Below the pieces are notes generated by a model, which was not told the DNA's origin, did no database searches, and was given only the letters and a program-made list of their open reading frames with translations. Positions 28,833 to 39,110 of a stretch of 61,133 nt of DNA are shown here, one piece after another. Source of the DNA: a bacterium (GTDB taxonomy: Bacteria > Bacteroidota > Bacteroidia > Bacteroidales > Marinilabiliaceae); assembly GCA_963643535.1 (NCBI GenBank), contig CAVILU010000002.1:6532-67664 (forward strand), written 5' to 3'. How positions within the stretch are numbered: position 1 is the first letter of the stretch; every line of letters begins with the position of its first letter. Both the position numbers and the translations under genes were made by a program.

Positions 28833-29017
28833 ATTCAGCATTATTGCGTCATATTTTTGCGCAATGTTGTTGACTTTTACCATCTATTAGCTATTTTTGC
28901 CAAAATACGTATTGCGAACGGATGACGAGGCTCTTCGGATGCCCTCCCGTCGTATTCCGCAAAACGATTTTACCCTCTCTACCTTTTTGCGCACTAACAG
29001 CTAACAGTGAGACGTAT

Positions 29018-29737
29018 ATGCCCTATCGTCGACTGCCAAATACAGATCAGGCGCGCCTTCGTTCCCTCAAGGCCGCAATCGAGCAGGTGAAGTCAGTTTC
29101 GCCCGCCGCTCTCTGTTTCTCGCAGCGTACGGCCCTTGAGCTCGCGTCTTTCACTCCTCTCTTTGAGCAATCCGTCAAGCAATACCTTGACAGCCAGGAG
29201 AGGCGCACTTCCGTCAGCAAAGCAGTTGCCGAGACTGGCGATGTGGCGAGGCTCTACCTCTCCCACTTCATCCAGGTCTTCAATATGTGCATTGCCCGAG
29301 GCGAGATTAAAGCCGAGATGCGCACCAAACTCGGACTGGAAGAGTGCGGCGCGGCTGTGCCCGACCTCACTTCTAATCAGCAGGTTATAGAGTGGGGACA
29401 CAAGGTCGTCGAAGGAGAAGAGGCTCGTATAGCTGCCGGTGGTGGCAACAGGATATACAACCCTTCGATTGCGGTAGTCAAGGTTAAACTCCAAATCTTC
29501 GAGGAGAACTACAACCGCCATCGCGACATCCTGCAAACCATACAGAAGTACCACGACAAACTCGATGAGATCCGTGGCCAAGCCGACGAGATTATCCTCA
29601 AAGTCTGGAACGAAGTAGAGGAGACCCTCGCACCAATAGACAGCGAAGAGAAACGCGAACGCTGCCAAGCCTACGGCATCGTCTACTTCTACCGCCCCCA
29701 AGAGCGACAAAAAGAGTTCCTGAACGGGCAACTCTAA
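29018..29737 (+). CDS. Hypothetical protein (helical, conserved-looking)
   Basis: 240-aa ORF starting MPYRRLPNTDQARLRSLKAA. No motif recognised. Confidence 0.45.
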   Translation: MPYRRLPNTDQARLRSLKAAIEQVKSVSPAALCFSQRTALELASFTPLFEQSVKQYLDSQERRTSVSKAVAETGDVARLYLSHFIQVFNMCIARGEIKAEMRTKLGLEECGAAVPDLTSNQQVIEWGHKVVEGEEARIAAGGGNRIYNPSIAVVKVKLQIFEENYNRHRDILQTIQKYHDKLDEIRGQADEIILKVWNEVEETLAPIDSEEKRERCQAYGIVYFYRPQERQKEFLNGQL

Positions 29738-29800
29738 TCAATCCCTCTCGGTACCTACGCAAAACAAAGACAATAACTTATAACCCCTTATAAACTTACT

Positions 29801-30364
29801 ATGGACGAAGAATTGGAGCTTATCATGGACGATGCCAAAGAGCAGATGGGCAAAGCCATTGAGCACCTCGACTACGAACTCGGCAAAATCAGGGCCGGCA
29901 AAGCTAACCCCCGAGTCCTCGACGACGTCAAAGTAGAGGCCTACGGCTCGCTCTCGCCCCTCAGCGCAGTGGCGAACGTCTCCGTCCCCGACCCGCGTAC
30001 CATCGCTATTAAGCCTTGGGACAAGACCACCATCCCTCATATCGAGAAGGCCATCATGGCTGCTAACCTCGGCCTCAACCCCGACAACAACGGCGAGGTC
30101 ATCCGCATCATGATCCCACCCCTCACCGAGGAGCGCCGCCGCGACCTCGCCAAGCAGGCCAAGCGCACTTGTGAGGACTCCAAGATCGCCATCCGCAACA
30201 TGCGCCGCGACGCCATCGAGGAGCTCAAGAAACTCAAGAAGGACGGCCTCGCTGAGGATGTCCAGAAAGACAAGGAGGCCGATATCCAGAAACTCCACGA
30301 TGCCTACATCAAGAAGATCGACGAGATGTACGTAGCCAAGGAGAAGGATATCATGACTGTCTAA
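29801..30364 (+). CDS. frr: Ribosome recycling factor
   Basis: RAGKANPRVLDDVKVEAYG, PWDK, PPLTEERRRDLAK and IRNMRRDA motifs; 187 aa. Confidence 0.95.
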   Translation: MDEELELIMDDAKEQMGKAIEHLDYELGKIRAGKANPRVLDDVKVEAYGSLSPLSAVANVSVPDPRTIAIKPWDKTTIPHIEKAIMAANLGLNPDNNGEVIRIMIPPLTEERRRDLAKQAKRTCEDSKIAIRNMRRDAIEELKKLKKDGLAEDVQKDKEADIQKLHDAYIKKIDEMYVAKEKDIMTV

Positions 30365-30447
30365 AAAGACAGCCGTACACACTCCTCCCGAATTCTCCCC
30401 ACCACTTCCCGTAGGAACCTATTTACAAACAGAAGTGTTATATCCGC

Positions 30448-30497
30448 GCCGCCGCGCTCGCAACCGTATTGCGACCGCGGCGGCTCTCTTTATCTCT
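30448..30497 (+). terminator. GC-rich hairpin terminator after frr
   Basis: gccgccgcg-c-tcgcaa-ccgta-ttgcga-c-cgcggcggc (15 bp paired) followed by the pyrimidine/T-rich tctctttatctct. Confidence 0.55.
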
Positions 30498-30738
30498 CCA
30501 TACCAACCCCGATGGCGTGATATACAGCGGAAAAAAGAGTATATTCGCGACTGCTTTACAAGCTGTTTTTAATTTTCCTCGGAATATTGCCTCTCCCCTG
30601 CGACTTATCTCTCCAAATCCCGGTAAGTGGGGGTGGGGAAGTCCATCCGGAGGCGTGGTAAGTCCGCCCAAGGCTAATTCCATAAATAAATCAAATACGA
30701 AGGGAGGCTCAACGCCCCTCGGACCTCAATAGATAACC

Positions 30739-32784
30739 ATGTCAGAAGAGAAGAAATTCAAGCGAACCCTCGTCACCACGGCGCTCCCCTACGCCAATGG
30801 TCCCGTGCATATCGGCCACCTGGCCGGCGTATATGTCCCCGCGGATATCTATACCCGCTACCTGCGCTCCAAGGGCGAGGACGTCCTCATGATTGGCGGC
30901 TCCGACGAGCACGGCGTGCCCATCACCATCCGCGCTAAGAAAGAGGGCTGCACTCCGCAGGATGTCGTAGACCGCTACCACTCTATCATCAAGAAGTCGT
31001 TCGAGGATTTCGGCATCACCATGGATATCTACAGCCGAACCACCAGCAAGACCCATTCGCAGGTGGCTTCCGACTTCTTCCGCACCCTCTACGACAAGGG
31101 CGAGTTCGTCCAGAAGACTACTCAGCAGTATTATGACGAGGAGGCCAAGCAGTTCCTCGCCGACCGTTATATCATGGGCACGTGCCCCCATTGCGGCAAC
31201 GAGAAGGCCTATGGCGACCAGTGCGAGAAGTGCGGCACCAGCCTCTCTGCCCTCGACCTTATCAATCCTCATTCCACCATCAGCGGCTCCAAGCCCGTCC
31301 TCCGCGAGACTACCCACTGGTATCTCCCCCTCGACAAGCACGAGCCCTGGCTCCGCAAGTGGATTCTCGACGACCACAAGGAGTGGCGTTCCAACGTCTA
31401 CGGTCAGTGCAAGAGCTGGCTCGATATGGGTCTCCAGCCCCGCGCCGTCTCCCGCGACCTCGATTGGGGCATCCCTGTGCCCGTTGAGGGTGCCGAGGGC
31501 AAAGTGCTCTACGTTTGGTTCGACGCACCAATCGGCTACATCTCTAACACCAAGGAACTCCGCCCCGACGATTGGGAGAAGTGGTGGAAAGACCCCGAGA
31601 CCCGTATGATCCACTTCATCGGCAAGGATAATATCGTCTTCCACTGCATTGTCTTCCCCGCCATGCTCAAGGCCCACGGCGGCTACAACCTCCCCGACAA
31701 TGTCCCCGCCAACGAGTTCATGAACCTCGAGGGCGACAAGATCTCCACCTCGCGCAACTGGGCCATCTGGCTCCACGAGTATCTTGAGGAGTTCCCCGGC
31801 AAGCAAGACGTTCTTCGCTACGTCCTCACAGCCAATGCTCCCGAGACTAAGGATAACGACTTCACTTGGAAGGACTTCCAGGCTCGCAACAACAACGAGC
31901 TCGTTGCCATCTTCGGCAATTTCGTAAACCGCGTGGTTGTCCTCACCCACAAATATTTCGGTGGCAAGGTACCCGCCGTCGGTGCTCTCCAGGATATCGA
32001 CCGCGAGACCATCGAGGCTTTCAAGGCTGAGCGCAAGGAGGTCGAGGCTCTCCTCGATGTCTTCCGTTTCCGCGACGCCCAGAAGGAGGCTATGAACATG
32101 GCCCGCATCGGCAATAAGTATCTCGCCGACACCGAGCCTTGGAAACTCGCCAAGACCGACATGGGTCGCGTGGCCACCATCCTCAACATCGGTCTCCAGA
32201 TTGTTGCCAACCTCTCCATTGTCATGGAGCCTTTCCTCCCCTTCTCCGCAGCCAAGATTCTCAAGCAACTCGGTGTCGAGAAGATGCCTTGGACCAAGCT
32301 CGGTGATATGGATCTCCTCTCCGAGGGCCATGAGATTGGTCAGGCTGAGCTTCTCTTCGAGAAGATTGAGGATAGCGTTGTCGAGGCTCAACTCGCAAAA
32401 CTCGCCGCCACCAAGCAGGCCAACGAGGCCAATGAGTGGAAGCCCGCTCCAATAGCCGAGACCATCGACTTCTCAGCATTCGAGAAACTCGATATCCGTG
32501 TAGGTCTCGTGACCGATTGCCAGAAGGTTCCCAAGGCCGACAAACTCCTCCAGTTCAAGATCGACGACGGCCTCGGCGGACGCACTATCGTCTCCGGCAT
32601 CGCCAAATACTACAAGCCCGAGGACCTCATCGGCAAGCGAGTCCTCTTCATTGCCAACCTCGCTCCCCGTAAACTCAAGGGCATCGAGAGCCAAGGAATG
32701 ATTCTCAGTGCCGAGGACTTCGACGGCAACCTCTCCGTCGCCATCCCCAGTACGGATGTCCGCCCCGGCTGCCAAGTCAAATAA
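30739..32784 (+). CDS. metG: Methionine--tRNA ligase (with C-terminal tRNA-binding domain)
   Basis: HIGH motif (PVHIGHLAG), zinc knuckle [23 protein letters not shown] variant (KISTSRNW), and a C-terminal EMAPII/Trbp111-like domain. Confidence 0.97.
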   Translation: MSEEKKFKRTLVTTALPYANGPVHIGHLAGVYVPADIYTRYLRSKGEDVLMIGGSDEHGVPITIRAKKEGCTPQDVVDRYHSIIKKSFEDFGITMDIYSRTTSKTHSQVASDFFRTLYDKGEFVQKTTQQYYDEEAKQFLADRYIMGTCPHCGNEKAYGDQCEKCGTSLSALDLINPHSTISGSKPVLRETTHWYLPLDKHEPWLRKWILDDHKEWRSNVYGQCKSWLDMGLQPRAVSRDLDWGIPVPVEGAEGKVLYVWFDAPIGYISNTKELRPDDWEKWWKDPETRMIHFIGKDNIVFHCIVFPAMLKAHGGYNLPDNVPANEFMNLEGDKISTSRNWAIWLHEYLEEFPGKQDVLRYVLTANAPETKDNDFTWKDFQARNNNELVAIFGNFVNRVVVLTHKYFGGKVPAVGALQDIDRETIEAFKAERKEVEALLDVFRFRDAQKEAMNMARIGNKYLADTEPWKLAKTDMGRVATILNIGLQIVANLSIVMEPFLPFSAAKILKQLGVEKMPWTKLGDMDLLSEGHEIGQAELLFEKIEDSVVEAQLAKLAATKQANEANEWKPAPIAETIDFSAFEKLDIRVGLVTDCQKVPKADKLLQFKIDDGLGGRTIVSGIAKYYKPEDLIGKRVLFIANLAPRKLKGIESQGMILSAEDFDGNLSVAIPSTDVRPGCQVK

Positions 32785-32937
32785 GCCGAGGCTGATGACT
32801 GCCCCCGACTGCACACGACACCTAAGGTGCTGACGCATAATGCAAGCCTTAGCCCCCGTTTCCCGCTCCTGCGGACGGTGGCTGAGGCTTCTTTTTGCTC
32901 CGCCAATACGATAACCCCAAATCAGTCCTCCCCACTT

Positions 32938-33825
32938 ATGCCTTCCTCCTCAAACAAGAATATCGGCAAGCACGACTACTTTTTGCCCCAAACTAAGAAG
33001 TCGGCAAAGTCCCAGTCTCGTGACGACGATTTCCTCTGCGTGATAGACGAGGGGCAGGCTGTGGCCAAAGAACCATCTTCCGGCTTGTACTCTAAGCAGG
33101 AAAAAATCGAAGACAAGGCTGCGGAAAAGGCCGACAACACCCTCCAAACCAATGTGCCCTCCGCCGAGCAACCTCGAGAGCGATTCCTCCGTCTTGGCCC
33201 TGACAAGGTTACGAATGTCGAACTCATTGCCATAATGCTGCGCACCGGCACCACCGAGAAGAATGTACTCGACTTGGCGCGCTATATCTATAACCTTTAT
33301 GGGTGTAGCCTCCTGCGCATGGGTCAGGCTACCGTCGAGGATTTGATGCGAGTCAAAGGCTTGGGCGAGGCTAAGTCTATCGCCTTCGTCGCAGCCCTCG
33401 AACTTGGTCGCCGCCGTGCGATAGCGGAGCTCGACGGGACAAAAATAAAGTCGTCTGAGGATTGCTTCAATTATTTCAAGCCGAGGCTAGCGCATCTCTC
33501 TTGGGAGGAGCTCCATGCGGTGGCTGTCGATGGGCATGGCGGTGTCATTGGTGAGCGTCTCATTGCAAAAGGTGGGTTGAACGGCACTATGGTAGACCTC
33601 CGAATCCTGATGGGTGAGGTGGTCCGCATGGGATGCCAGGGGTTTATGGTGGCGCACAATCATCCTTCTGGCTCTGTCGAACCAAGCAGGCAAGATCGCG
33701 AACTCACAGAGCGGATAGTAAGGGCTGCGCGCACGCTCGATATCCGTTTCCTGGACCACGTGATCGTCCCCTGTGGCTCGGCCGACGACTCTTACTTCAG
33801 CTTTGCCGACCAGGGGCTGCTTTAG
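32938..33825 (+). CDS. radC: RadC-family JAB/MPN domain protein with extended N-terminus
   Basis: HhH region VELIAIMLRTGT...VKGLGEAKSIAFVAALELGRR and JAMM motif HNHPSGSVEPSRQD. The start is uncertain (the ORF opens at 32827). Confidence 0.8.
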   Translation: MPSSSNKNIGKHDYFLPQTKKSAKSQSRDDDFLCVIDEGQAVAKEPSSGLYSKQEKIEDKAAEKADNTLQTNVPSAEQPRERFLRLGPDKVTNVELIAIMLRTGTTEKNVLDLARYIYNLYGCSLLRMGQATVEDLMRVKGLGEAKSIAFVAALELGRRRAIAELDGTKIKSSEDCFNYFKPRLAHLSWEELHAVAVDGHGGVIGERLIAKGGLNGTMVDLRILMGEVVRMGCQGFMVAHNHPSGSVEPSRQDRELTERIVRAARTLDIRFLDHVIVPCGSADDSYFSFADQGLL

Positions 33826-33888
33826 TCCCCGGGCACAATACAGAACTCAAAATCCTCTTATAGCATATTCTCTTAATCTCAGAAGGTT

Positions 33889-34542
33889 ATGGATCTTTAT
33901 ATCATCGACAAGACAAACTCGGTCGTCAACAAGTATCTCGCCGAGATGCGCGACGTCAAAATTCAGAAGGACAGTATGCGCTTCCGCCGCAACATTGAGC
34001 GCATAGGCGAACTGATGGCCTACGAGGTCAGCAAGGAGCTCGACTATGCCCCGACGACCGTCACGACCCCTCTCGGCAATGCCGTGGTCAACGTCCCCGT
34101 AGATAGGGTTGTCGTCGGCACCATCCTCCGCGCCGGCCTGCCTATGCACACGGGCGTCCTCAATGTCTTCGACGATGCCGAGAACTGCTTCGTCTCCGCC
34201 TACCGCGCCTACAATGAGAAGCATGAGGTGGAAATTCATCTCGGCTATGCCGCCACTCCAGACCTCGACGGCAAAGTCCTCATCCTTGCCGACCCGATGC
34301 TCGCCACGGGCTTCAGCATGGTCCAGACCATCAATCAGCTCACCAAATACGGCATCCCCAAGCATATCCACGTCCTCTCAATCATCGGCGCCCGCCCAGG
34401 CGTTGAGTACCTCAAGGACAACCTTGGCGACCTCCCCGTCACCCTCTGGGTCGCGAGCGTAGATCCCGTCCTCAACTCCGACTCCTATATCGTCCCCGGC
34501 CTCGGCGACGCTGGAGACCTCGCTTTCGGCGAGAAGAACTAA
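33889..34542 (+). CDS. upp: Uracil phosphoribosyltransferase
   Basis: PRPP-binding loop VLILADPMLATGFS and C-terminal YIVPGLGDAGD. Confidence 0.95.
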   Translation: MDLYIIDKTNSVVNKYLAEMRDVKIQKDSMRFRRNIERIGELMAYEVSKELDYAPTTVTTPLGNAVVNVPVDRVVVGTILRAGLPMHTGVLNVFDDAENCFVSAYRAYNEKHEVEIHLGYAATPDLDGKVLILADPMLATGFSMVQTINQLTKYGIPKHIHVLSIIGARPGVEYLKDNLGDLPVTLWVASVDPVLNSDSYIVPGLGDAGDLAFGEKN

Positions 34543-34673
34543 AGATCTCGCCCCATTGGGATTTCTAAGTCTGCCTATGCCGTGGTTTACATTAGGTTCT
34601 GTGTAAATCAGTGAAGTCTGTGGACAAGAAGGATGTCAGTGGAAAGAATAGATTACAAATAAGAATCTTATAA

Positions 34674-36044
34674 ATGGCCTCGAAGACAAAAACCGTCTAC
34701 GTCTGCTCTGAGTGCGGTGCCGAAAGCCCCAAATGGCTCGGCCGATGCCCTCAGTGTGGCGAGTGGAACACATACCAGGAGGAGCACGTCGTAGTAGACA
34801 AGCGCGAGTCGCTAAGCGGCATAGGCCCCTCGGGTTTGCTCACCGAGGTCAAGGCGGTGCCCCTCAGCAGCGTCCAGCAGAAGGACGTTGTCCGCTCTAC
34901 GACCGCCAATGCCGAGCTCGACCGAGTACTGGGTGGCGGCATCGTCCCCGGCGCGCTTATCCTCATCGGAGGCGAACCGGGTATCGGCAAGTCCACCCTC
35001 GTCCTCCAGATGGCGATGCAGTTGCCCCGTCGAGTGCTCTACGTCTCGGGCGAGGAGAGCGTCCAGCAGATAAAACTCCGTGCCGACCGCATTAGCCGCG
35101 CCTCGTCCGACAACTGTATGGTGGTCTCCGACACTCGCATAGACACCCTGTCGCAGCATATCGACGCCACGCAGCCCGATATAGTCGTGGTGGACTCCAT
35201 CCAGACAATGCAGACTGAGCGTACCGACTCCCTCCCCGGCTCCATAAGCCAAATTAAGGAGTGCACGGCCGTCCTCATGCGCATTGCCAAGACGCGCAAC
35301 CTGCCCATTGTCATCATTGGCCACATTAACAAGGATGGTCAACTTGCCGGCCCTAAAGTCTTGGAGCACATGGTGGATGTAGTCCTCCAGTTCGAGGGCG
35401 ACCGCAACCACCTCTACCGCATCCTTCGCTCCATCAAGAACCGCTTCGGCTCGACCAATGAGATTGGCATTTTCGAGATGATGAGCGACGGCCTTCGCGA
35501 AGTCTCCAATCCCAGCGAGATGCTCCTCGGCGAGTATGCGGCGGATCTCAGTGGCGTGGCTATAGCTGCGGCCATGGAGGGCGTGCGGCCTTTCCTTATC
35601 GAGACTCAGGCTCTTGTCTCTACTGCCGCCTACGGCACTCCGCAGCGTTCGGCCATGGGCTTCGATGTCCGCAGGATGAATATGCTCCTTGCTGTCCTCG
35701 AACGCCGCGCGGGCTTCAAGATTGCCGCCAAGGATGTCTTCCTCAATCTCGCTGGCGGCATCAAGGTTATCGACACGGCTCTCGACCTTCCCGTGGCTGC
35801 CGCCATCCTCTCTAGTACCACCGACACGGCCATTTCCCGCGGCACGTGCATGGCGGGCGAGATAGGCCTCTCGGGTGAGCTCCGTCCTGTGCCCCGCATC
35901 GAGCAGCGTATTTCCGAGGCTGCCAAGCTTGGTTTCTCGCGTATCGTAATCCCGCAGTCGTCGCGCATGGGTGCCATGTCCGTCGACATTGAGATTTGCC
36001 GTGTAGGCCGTCTTGCCGATGCATTCCGACTCCTTTTCCAATAA
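34674..36044 (+). CDS. radA: DNA repair protein RadA
   Basis: N-terminal zinc finger CSECGAESPKWLGRCPQCGEWNT, Walker A GGEPGIGKST, KNRFG motif, and a Lon-like C-terminal domain. Confidence 0.95.
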   Translation: MASKTKTVYVCSECGAESPKWLGRCPQCGEWNTYQEEHVVVDKRESLSGIGPSGLLTEVKAVPLSSVQQKDVVRSTTANAELDRVLGGGIVPGALILIGGEPGIGKSTLVLQMAMQLPRRVLYVSGEESVQQIKLRADRISRASSDNCMVVSDTRIDTLSQHIDATQPDIVVVDSIQTMQTERTDSLPGSISQIKECTAVLMRIAKTRNLPIVIIGHINKDGQLAGPKVLEHMVDVVLQFEGDRNHLYRILRSIKNRFGSTNEIGIFEMMSDGLREVSNPSEMLLGEYAADLSGVAIAAAMEGVRPFLIETQALVSTAAYGTPQRSAMGFDVRRMNMLLAVLERRAGFKIAAKDVFLNLAGGIKVIDTALDLPVAAAILSSTTDTAISRGTCMAGEIGLSGELRPVPRIEQRISEAAKLGFSRIVIPQSSRMGAMSVDIEICRVGRLADAFRLLFQ

Positions 36045-36134
36045 AATCTTTCTTCTTCTCTCTGCCCATTCCCCCAAAAAATACTCCCCCACTATAGCTA
36101 AGTAAAGCCCCCTCCATTATCATAACACACAAAC

Positions 36135-37658
36135 TTGAAGAAGTTTTTCCCAATCTACGACATCAAGGCCATCGACCAGCGCACCACTGAGTTGCAAGGC
36201 ATTGAGTACATACAGCTTATCGACCGCGCCGCACGAGCCCTCTGCGAATGGATTGTAGACCACTACACCCGTCGCCGAGTTGTAATCCTCGCTGGCCCAG
36301 GCAACAATGGTGCCGACGGTCTCGCCCTCGCCGCCCTCCTGATAGACAAGGAGTGGGTGGTGGACGTGCACACATACACGGGCCACAAGGGCTACCGCAG
36401 CGAGTGTAACGAGGCCTGCCTCGAAAGGCTCCGCGATGCCGAGATCGTAATCGACGAGAACGTGGGCGAACCCGAGATAGGGCAGGGGACTATTGTTGTC
36501 GATGCCCTGTTCGGCACTGGCCTCAAGCGTGAGCTCGATGGCCCGGCCGCGGCCGTCGTGAACTATGTCAATTCGCACCATTGTGAGGTGGTGAGTGTCG
36601 ATATCCCCTCTGGCATTGGCAATGAGGACTCGTATCTCGATGTCGAGGCCCGTGCTGTCGTCCAAGCGGCTCACACCCTGTCATTCCAATTCCCCAAGAT
36701 GGCGTTTTTCCTGCCCGAGCTTACTTGCTATATCGGGCGTTGGCATGTCCTCGACATCAAGCTTTCGCCCGAGGCAATCGAGGAGGCTCCCACCTTCATG
36801 TTCTACTCCACCAATGCCGAGGCAGCCAAGATTGTGCGCCACCGCGGCCGTTTCGCCCACAAGGGCACTATGGGGCATGCATTGCTCTTTGCAGGTTCCG
36901 AAGGCATGTCGGGTGCCGCAATCCTCGCTTCGAGGTCCGCTCTCCGCTCTGGCTGCGGTCTACTTACCACAGTCAGTGCCGAGCGATGCTATATCCCGTT
37001 GCAGACGGCAGTCCCCGAGGCTATGAACATCCCAAGCCGTGGTGCGGCGGAGTACATCACGTGGGACGAGCGTATGAATTTCGCCAAGGTGGCTGCTGTG
37101 GGCGTTGGTCCTGGGCTCAGCCGAGTGCCGCAGGCGGTGGATCTTCTTCGCAAGGTTCTCGAGACCTATGGTGGGCGAGTGCCTATCGTCATTGATGCCG
37201 ATGGACTCTATGCTCTGCGCGCACTCCTCGACGAGGGTTTTGAGCTCCCAGAGGACGTTATCGTCACACCTCATCCCGTGGAGCTCGACCGCCTTACCGA
37301 GCCTCATACCGAGACTGTTGAGCGCATCGAGGCGTCGTGTCTTTTCGCCCTCCGCAACCGGTGCACCGTCGTGCTCAAGGGTGCTTTCAGTATGACTGCT
37401 TTGCCCGATGGCCACCGTATTTTCAATACTACGGGTAATAGTGGTATGGCCACTGCAGGTTCGGGCGACGTGCTTACCGGCGTGATATTGGGGCTCTTGG
37501 CGCAAGGCTATCCCGTATCGGAGGCCGCAGTCCTGGGCGTGGCTCTACATGCCGCCGCCGGAGATGCCGCTGCGGATGAGCTGTCGCCCGAGGCTATGAC
37601 ATCTATGGACATATCCGACCATATATCAACGGCGTATAAGATCTTCGCAAAGGCCTGA
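36135..37658 (+). CDS. nnr: Bifunctional NAD(P)H-hydrate repair enzyme (epimerase/dehydratase)
   Basis: YjeF-N (GPGNNGADGL) and YjeF-C (HKGTMGH, GPGL, GSGDVLTG) motifs. TTG start as given in the track. Confidence 0.88.
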   Translation: MKKFFPIYDIKAIDQRTTELQGIEYIQLIDRAARALCEWIVDHYTRRRVVILAGPGNNGADGLALAALLIDKEWVVDVHTYTGHKGYRSECNEACLERLRDAEIVIDENVGEPEIGQGTIVVDALFGTGLKRELDGPAAAVVNYVNSHHCEVVSVDIPSGIGNEDSYLDVEARAVVQAAHTLSFQFPKMAFFLPELTCYIGRWHVLDIKLSPEAIEEAPTFMFYSTNAEAAKIVRHRGRFAHKGTMGHALLFAGSEGMSGAAILASRSALRSGCGLLTTVSAERCYIPLQTAVPEAMNIPSRGAAEYITWDERMNFAKVAAVGVGPGLSRVPQAVDLLRKVLETYGGRVPIVIDADGLYALRALLDEGFELPEDVIVTPHPVELDRLTEPHTETVERIEASCLFALRNRCTVVLKGAFSMTALPDGHRIFNTTGNSGMATAGSGDVLTGVILGLLAQGYPVSEAAVLGVALHAAAGDAAADELSPEAMTSMDISDHISTAYKIFAKA

Positions 37659-37728
37659 TGCAACTCGCAACCGATTATATATTTCGGTTTTATAGCTCGA
37701 TACGCTTGTAATTTCGAGAGTATTGCAT

Positions 37729-37736
37729 TACCTTTG
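37729..37736 (+). promoter_or_regulatory. Candidate -7 promoter box for tRNA-Glu/rpsT
   Basis: TACCTTTG matches TAnnTTTG. CTTG lies 20 nt upstream (37705-37708). It is about 22 nt upstream of the tRNA 5' end. Confidence 0.45.
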
Positions 37737-37757
37737 CACCGCTAAAATGCATAGGGC

Positions 37758-37829
37758 GGCCCGTTCGTCTATCGGTTAGGACGAGAGATTTTCATTCTCT
37801 AAAGAGGAGTTCGACTCTCCTACGGGCTA
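37758..37829 (+). tRNA. tRNA-Glu (anticodon TTC)
   Basis: Hand fold: acceptor GGCCCGT/ACGGGCT (G1:U72 wobble), D arm GTCT-ATCGGTTA-GGAC, anticodon stem AGAGA/TCTCT, loop TTTTCAT, T arm AGGAG-TTCGACT-CTCCT. Confidence 0.85.
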
Positions 37830-38055
37830 CAATTAAAGCTTTCCAACTCCGGAGCCTCCGGCTGTGACACGTCCATCTCACTGTCCGACAGAATAGGCTC
37901 GTGGGAAACTCCAAGGTCAGGTTGCGGCGATGCTGACTTTCATCCGCCTCCTACGAAAAACTACCCCTCCTTAGGACTCCTCCCCGCCCGGGCGGCGCAA
38001 GGCTTTAACTTTTATCTAGCAAAAACATAAACTCAAATATTTTACAAACAAAGCA

Positions 38056-38310
38056 ATGGCAAACCATCAGTCTGCAATCAAGAGGACTCGCCAGATAGCT
38101 GCTCGTCGCGAGCACAATCGCTACTACGCTAAGACCACCCGCAACGCTGTCAAGGCTCTCCGTCTGGCTACCGACAAGAATGAGGCAGCAGCTATGCTCC
38201 CCAAGGTGTCTTCCCTCCTCGACAAGCTCGCAAAGGTTAACATCATCCACAAGAACAAGGCAGCTAACCTCAAGAGCAAGCTCGCTAAGCACGTCAACAA
38301 GCTCGCCTAA
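38056..38310 (+). CDS. rpsT: 30S ribosomal protein S20
   Basis: [33 protein letters not shown]; 84 aa, basic. Confidence 0.95.
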   Translation: MANHQSAIKRTRQIAARREHNRYYAKTTRNAVKALRLATDKNEAAAMLPKVSSLLDKLAKVNIIHKNKAANLKSKLAKHVNKLA

Positions 38311-38421
38311 GCTCTCGCAGCACAAGCTAAGCTGACTGACAAAAACTGGTGGCCCACTTCTTAGGGCCGCCGCCCCGAGTGGGTGCGATGTGGCGAAGAA
38401 CCTGCACCCCATACATATCAT

Positions 38422-38493
38422 GGCCCGTTCGTCTATCGGTTAGGACGAGAGATTTTCATTCTCTAAAGAGGAGTTCGACTCTCCTACGGGCTA
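38422..38493 (+). tRNA. tRNA-Glu (anticodon TTC), copy 2
   Basis: 72 nt, identical to 37758-37829. Confidence 0.85.
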
Positions 38494-38496
38494 CGG

Positions 38497-38551
38497 CTTG
38501 CCCCGGTAACCTCGCTCTCTGAGCTAAGGTTGCCGGGGCAAGTCGGTTTTT
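38497..38551 (+). terminator. Rho-independent terminator after the second tRNA-Glu
   Basis: cttgccccggtaacc ... ggttgccggggcaag (15 bp, one G:U) followed by tcggttttt. Confidence 0.7.
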
Positions 38552-38714
38552 ATGGGTTTTGTCATCCCCCCCCCTCAAGAACAACACCTTTTGCCCGCTA
38601 TGTAATTTGCAATGTGTTTCATTTTTCTCTCATATGTGCGGAAAATTGCAGTCTATTGCATTTTGGCGGACTTTTGCCTCTAAATTTGTAATGCAATGCA
38701 AAAACATTAAGGGT

Positions 38715-39110
38715 ATGTTGATAGAGCGCTCGGAATATATGTCTATCCTCAAGAGGTGGAAAGACAAGCAAGTTATAAAGGTCGTTACAGGAATATGCCG
38801 TTGCGGGAAATCTTCTTTGCTGAAGATGTTTCTGGAGTACGTGATTAGCGATGGTGCAACTCCGCAACAAGTGCAACATATCAATTTTGAGGATATTGAC
38901 AATGAGCCTTATCTTGACTATCATGCGTTGTATCGCCATGTGAGGGAGAACCTGCAGGAGGGGCGAATGAACTATCTTTTCTTCGACGAGATACAGATGG
39001 TTGACCAATTCCAAAAGGTGATAGATAGCCTATTCTTGCTCGACAACGTTGATATCTACGATAACGGCATCAAACAAATCTATGCGCTGGATTGGTTAAT
39101 GGAGGAATAG
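38715..39110 (+). pseudogene. Truncated DUF4143-type AAA ATPase (in-frame internal deletion)
   Basis: MLIERSEYMSILKRWKDKQVIKVVTGICRCGKSSLLKMF...YLFFDEIQMVDQFQKVIDSLFLLDNVDIY covers Walker A/B. It then joins directly to a C-terminal-like tail, NGIKQIYALDWLMEE. It is 131 aa, far shorter than the roughly 400 aa I recall for this family. Confidence 0.5.

Noticed and set aside
30498-30738. GGGGAAGTCCATCCGG resembles the RNase P RNA P4 motif GGAAAGTCCGGGC. A T-box leader for metG was also considered.
   Set aside because: The region is far too short for RNase P RNA and lacks its other conserved blocks. No specifier or T-box sequence is present, and as far as I recall T-box leaders are not a feature of Bacteroidota. 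It is kept only as an unexplained spacer in the findings.
30742-32391. A long 549-aa antisense ORF opposite metG. Similar mirror ORFs occur at 34812-36092 (opposite radA), 43604-44701 (GH2), 19275-20318 and 17913-18770 (topA), 16957-17955, 5000-5953 (DUF2723) and 9898-10794 (kinase).
   Set aside because: Each lies entirely inside a confidently identified gene on the other strand. Their composition is skewed toward Gly, Ala, Arg, Glu, Val and Asp, as expected for stop-poor antisense frames of GC-rich genes. No motifs were recognised.
37830-38055. CCAAGGTCAGGT looked slightly like the SRP (4.5S) RNA domain IV motif.
   Set aside because: The flanking GGAAGCAGCC-type symmetric-loop sequence and the long closing helix are missing.
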